Shown here: in pieces, positions 60,944 to 64,000 of the stretch
How the letters are laid out: each line of letters starts with the position of its first letter
Numbering within the stretch: the stretch's first letter is position 1
Source of the DNA: an uncultured Chloroflexia bacterium
Lineage (GTDB): Bacteria; Chloroflexota; Limnocylindria; Limnocylindrales; CSP1-4
NCBI GenBank assembly: GCA_963720755.1
Contig: CAVRGP010000006.1
Location: 220,387 to 284,386, forward strand
DNA: 64,000 nucleotides
Reading direction: 5' to 3'
Notes under the pieces: generated by a model
Told to the model about the DNA's origin: nothing
Databases searched by the model: none
The model's input: the letters and a program-made list of their open reading frames with translations, nothing else
Made by a program: the position numbers and the translations under genes

Positions 60944-61596
60944 ATGAGCGAACGACCCGAAGGCACGCCGGAGGAGGCGCCCGCCGACCCCGCCGAGCCC
61001 ACGGAGGCACCGCCGGTCGAGCCCGAACCCGAGGTGACCGCGGCGCCGGAGGCCTGAGCCGGAACCCGAGCCTGAGCCGGAGCCCGAGCCTGAGGTGGAG
61101 CCCGAGCCGGAACCGGAGCCTGAGCCGGAACCAGAATCCGAGCCGGACATCGAGCCGATGGTCGAACCCGAGTCGGCGGCGGTTGCGGCGGCGGCCACGA
61201 CGAAGGGGAAGCGGGGATCGGCTGGCCCGACGGCCCGACCACTGACACCGGGCGAACGGGCCGCCAAGATGACCGAGAACCCGTCGCGGATCTTCGTCAT
61301 CGCCAGCGTCGCGATCTTCGTGGTCATCATGCTGTACGGGCTGCTCGGCGGCCACCACGGTCTGCTCACGACCAAGCCGACACCCGCACCCACGCCCATC
61401 GCGAGCGAGCCGGCCGTCAGCGCATCGCCGTCGGCCTCGGCGGGTGCCAGCGAGTCACCGGCGGCTTCCTCGTCCGCGACCCCGTCCGCGGCCGTCCGCA
61501 TCGGCGGCTCCGTCCGAGTCCGCGGCGCCTTCAGCGTCGCCGGAAGCCAGTCCGTCTGCCGCCCCGTCGGCTGAGGCCTCGCCCAGCCCGTCCTGA
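60944..61596 (+). CDS. Low-complexity single-TM protein (EP repeats, Ser/Ala/Pro tail) with two apparent frameshifts
   Basis: GGAG RBS; MSERPEG... shifts frame near 61050 and 61495. Confidence 0.55.
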
Positions 61597-61613
61597 TCCC
61601 GTTGGAGGGACTC

Positions 61614-62258
61614 GTGGACCTTGATCGTGCCCGAGCTGCGATGGTCGCGGACCAGCTGCGGGCTCGCGGCGTCAGGGACGAACGCGTCCTTGCGGCGATG
61701 GGCGCGATCCCACGCGAAATGTTCGTGCCCGAGGCCCTCCGCCATCGGGCCTATGCGGATGAGGCGCTCGGGATCGAGGCCGGCCAGACGATCAGCCAGC
61801 CGATCATGGTCGCCAGGATGACCGAGGACCTCCGGGTCGAGCCAGGCGACCGGATCCTGGAGATCGGCACCGGGTCCGGCTACCAGGCGGCGATCCTCGC
61901 CTGGCTCGGGGCAGCCGTCACCTCGCTCGAACGGCATGCCACGCTCATCCCGGCGGCGCGTGCCCGGATCGACGCCCTGGAGCTGGCGGGCACGGTCGAC
62001 ATCCGGCTGGCGGACGGCAGCCTCGGCGACCCGACCGGTGCACCGTGGGACGGGATCATCGTGACGGCCGCCGCACCCTCGATCCCGGAGGCACTCCGCA
62101 CCCAGCTCGCCGAGGGCGGCCGCCTGGTCATCCCCGTCGGCAGCCACGACAAGCAGTTGCTCACGATCGTCACCCGCCACGGCAACGACTGGCTGGAGAC
62201 GTCGGACGGTTGGTGCATCTTCGTCCCGCTCATCGGGGCAGCGGGCTTCGATCGGTGA
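61614..62258 (+). CDS. pcm: Protein-L-isoaspartate O-methyltransferase
   Basis: GQTISQP, LEIGTGSGYQAA, IIVTAA, FVPL. Confidence 0.95.
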   Translation: MDLDRARAAMVADQLRARGVRDERVLAAMGAIPREMFVPEALRHRAYADEALGIEAGQTISQPIMVARMTEDLRVEPGDRILEIGTGSGYQAAILAWLGAAVTSLERHATLIPAARARIDALELAGTVDIRLADGSLGDPTGAPWDGIIVTAAAPSIPEALRTQLAEGGRLVIPVGSHDKQLLTIVTRHGNDWLETSDGWCIFVPLIGAAGFDR

Positions 62259-62322
62259 CGCGGGTTCCGATCGGTGACGCGCCCTACGGACCCCGGGCCT
62301 CGCTCGGTATACTCGCCCGGCC

Positions 62323-63396
62323 ATGACCCACGTCTTTGTCGCGCCCCACCCGGACGACGTCGCCCTCTCGTGCGGCGGCCTGATCGCCAGCCTTCGCGAG
62401 CTGGGCCAGACGGTCACCATCATCACGGTCTTCTCGGGCGACGGCGGGTCGGGTGGCCTGTCGCCATACCAGCGCGAAGCGCTCGGGTTCGGCTCGAAGG
62501 CGATGTGGCCGGCGACCGAGGCCTTCAACCGAAGTGCGATCGCAGCCGACTGGCCGACCGCGGCCCTCGTCCCGGCCTGGGCGGCGACGGACGACCGGCT
62601 CGATGCCACGCAGGTCGACGCGGACCAGGCCGCCAAGCGCTTCTGGCAGCGCTCGTCGTGGTACCGGCGCGCGAGCATCCGGAACGAATCGCTGGCCGAC
62701 CAGCCGATCGCCGACGACTTTTCGACGCAGGGCCCGATCTACACGGACGAGGTGATGGTCGCAGCCGCGGCCGGCGACCTGATGGCGCGGCGCCGGATCG
62801 AGGACGAACGGTTCGCCTACTTCGCCGAGGCGTCGATCGTGTTCCTCGACCTCCCGGATGCGGTCTTCCGCGGGTACGAGGGCGACGACGAACTGCTCGG
62901 GATGCCACGCGCCGACGACGATGCGCCGTTCACCCTGCTTCGCCAGGAGATCGCCCGGCTGGAGCCACAGAAGGTCTACCTGCCGCTGGGCGTCGGTGGC
63001 CACGTGGATCACCAACTCTGTCGCGAGGTCGGGATCCGGATGCTCCAGGAAGGCCGGAAGTGGGTCATGCCCGGGCCGGACTACGCCGGGATCATCAACT
63101 TCTACGAGGACTTCCCGTACGCCTGGTGGAACGACTTCCGACGCATCGAGGACATGCCCGAGGCGCCGCTGGCCGCACTGCCGGCCGATATCAGCGTGAC
63201 CGCGGAATATGCCGATGTCACGGACCAGCTCGAGCGGAAGATCATGGGCATCGACATCTACGAGAGCCAGATGGAGCGCCTCTTCGACGGCACGATGCAG
63301 ATGGCCGATGCCGTCCGCGCGTACGGTCGGGCGATGGCGGAACTCGGCTCGGTGGACGGTTCGGCCGAGCGGTACTGGGCCTCGGGCCGCGTCTGA
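62323..63396 (+). CDS. PIG-L family deacetylase
   Basis: APHPDDVALSCGG, R..ED, GGHVDH, YEDFPY, YESQ. Confidence 0.88.
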   Translation: MTHVFVAPHPDDVALSCGGLIASLRELGQTVTIITVFSGDGGSGGLSPYQREALGFGSKAMWPATEAFNRSAIAADWPTAALVPAWAATDDRLDATQVDADQAAKRFWQRSSWYRRASIRNESLADQPIADDFSTQGPIYTDEVMVAAAAGDLMARRRIEDERFAYFAEASIVFLDLPDAVFRGYEGDDELLGMPRADDDAPFTLLRQEIARLEPQKVYLPLGVGGHVDHQLCREVGIRMLQEGRKWVMPGPDYAGIINFYEDFPYAWWNDFRRIEDMPEAPLAALPADISVTAEYADVTDQLERKIMGIDIYESQMERLFDGTMQMADAVRAYGRAMAELGSVDGSAERYWASGRV

Positions 63397-63400
63397 CCCC

Positions 63401-64000
63401 ATGACCGACAGCGCCGCACCGGCGCCACGTTGGTCGAACCAGGAACGGGTCGCGGTGGCGGGCGCCGTTGCCCTCGCGATCGTGATCCGGCTGGTACTCC
63501 TGCCGACCGCAGGGCCTGCGTGGGGATCTCGACCAGTTCGTGCTGTGGGTCCACGGCATCGCCGTCGGCGGGCTCGGGAACGCGTACGACCAGAACCTGT
63601 CGTTCCCGCCGGTCATGGCCTACATCTGGGGCATCCTCGCCATGATCCAGCCCGCGTTCCAGACCGCGACCGATGCGTCAGACCCGGCGATCCGGGCGTT
63701 GATGAAGGTCCCGGCATCGCTGGCCGATGTCGGCCTCGCGGCCCTGGTGCTGTATGCCCTCCGCGACCGGCCCCGGTGGGGGATCGTCGCCGCGATCGCG
63801 ATCCTGCTCCATCCGGCCGTGATCGACGTGAGTGCATGGTGGGGTCAGTACGAGAGCATCTATCTGCTATTCGCGCTCGCCGCGGTCGTCTTCGCGGTCA
63901 ATGACCGAAACGGGTTCGCGGCAGCCGCGCTGGCACTCGCACTCATGACCAAGCCGCAGGCGCTGCCGTTCCTCATCCCGTTCGCGGCCTGGTTCTGGGC
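63401..64000 (+). CDS. GT-C type membrane glycosyltransferase, partial (apparent frameshift near 63510)
   Basis: GD...F..W, FPP, MKVPA.LAD, SAWWGQYES, TKPQA. Confidence 0.7.

Noticed and set aside
61040-61160. GAGCC(G/C/T) hexamer repeats
   Set aside because: Coding EP low-complexity tract of a membrane protein

Overview
High-GC bacterial chromosomal window. GAAC-N4-GTTC LexA boxes, sortase-type tails and the gene content suggest Chloroflexota or another monoderm-type lineage (inference). In order it holds: araA; an adenylate cyclase; a TetR/ABC-2 efflux unit; a lipid-phosphatase/kinase and stress-type block; a small islet bounded by tRNA-Thr(CGT) and a tRNA-Thr(GGT) 3' half; a DUF1778-GNAT toxin-antitoxin pair; two tandem-duplicated PT-repeat surface proteins; argS; a THF-dependent histidine-utilisation cluster (hutH/hutU/hutI/formiminotransferase/cyclodeaminase/folD/fhs); dinB with a LexA-controlled small gene; rplI, lexA and dnaB; and envelope glycosylation genes. 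The standout is 53.6-60.8 kb, which looks like an undescribed peptide-signalling circuit wired to c-di-GMP: STAND/TPR/wHTH-BTAD regulator, promoter, c-di-GMP-II riboswitch with terminator, 29-aa secreted-type peptide (plus a possible 10-aa micro-ORF), membrane HD-GYP protein, and a DUF5317-like domain with signal-peptidase-II-like Asp motifs fused to an MFS transporter. Several genes carry 1-bp frameshifts that may be long-read assembly errors. All product calls come from motif recognition, not database searches.
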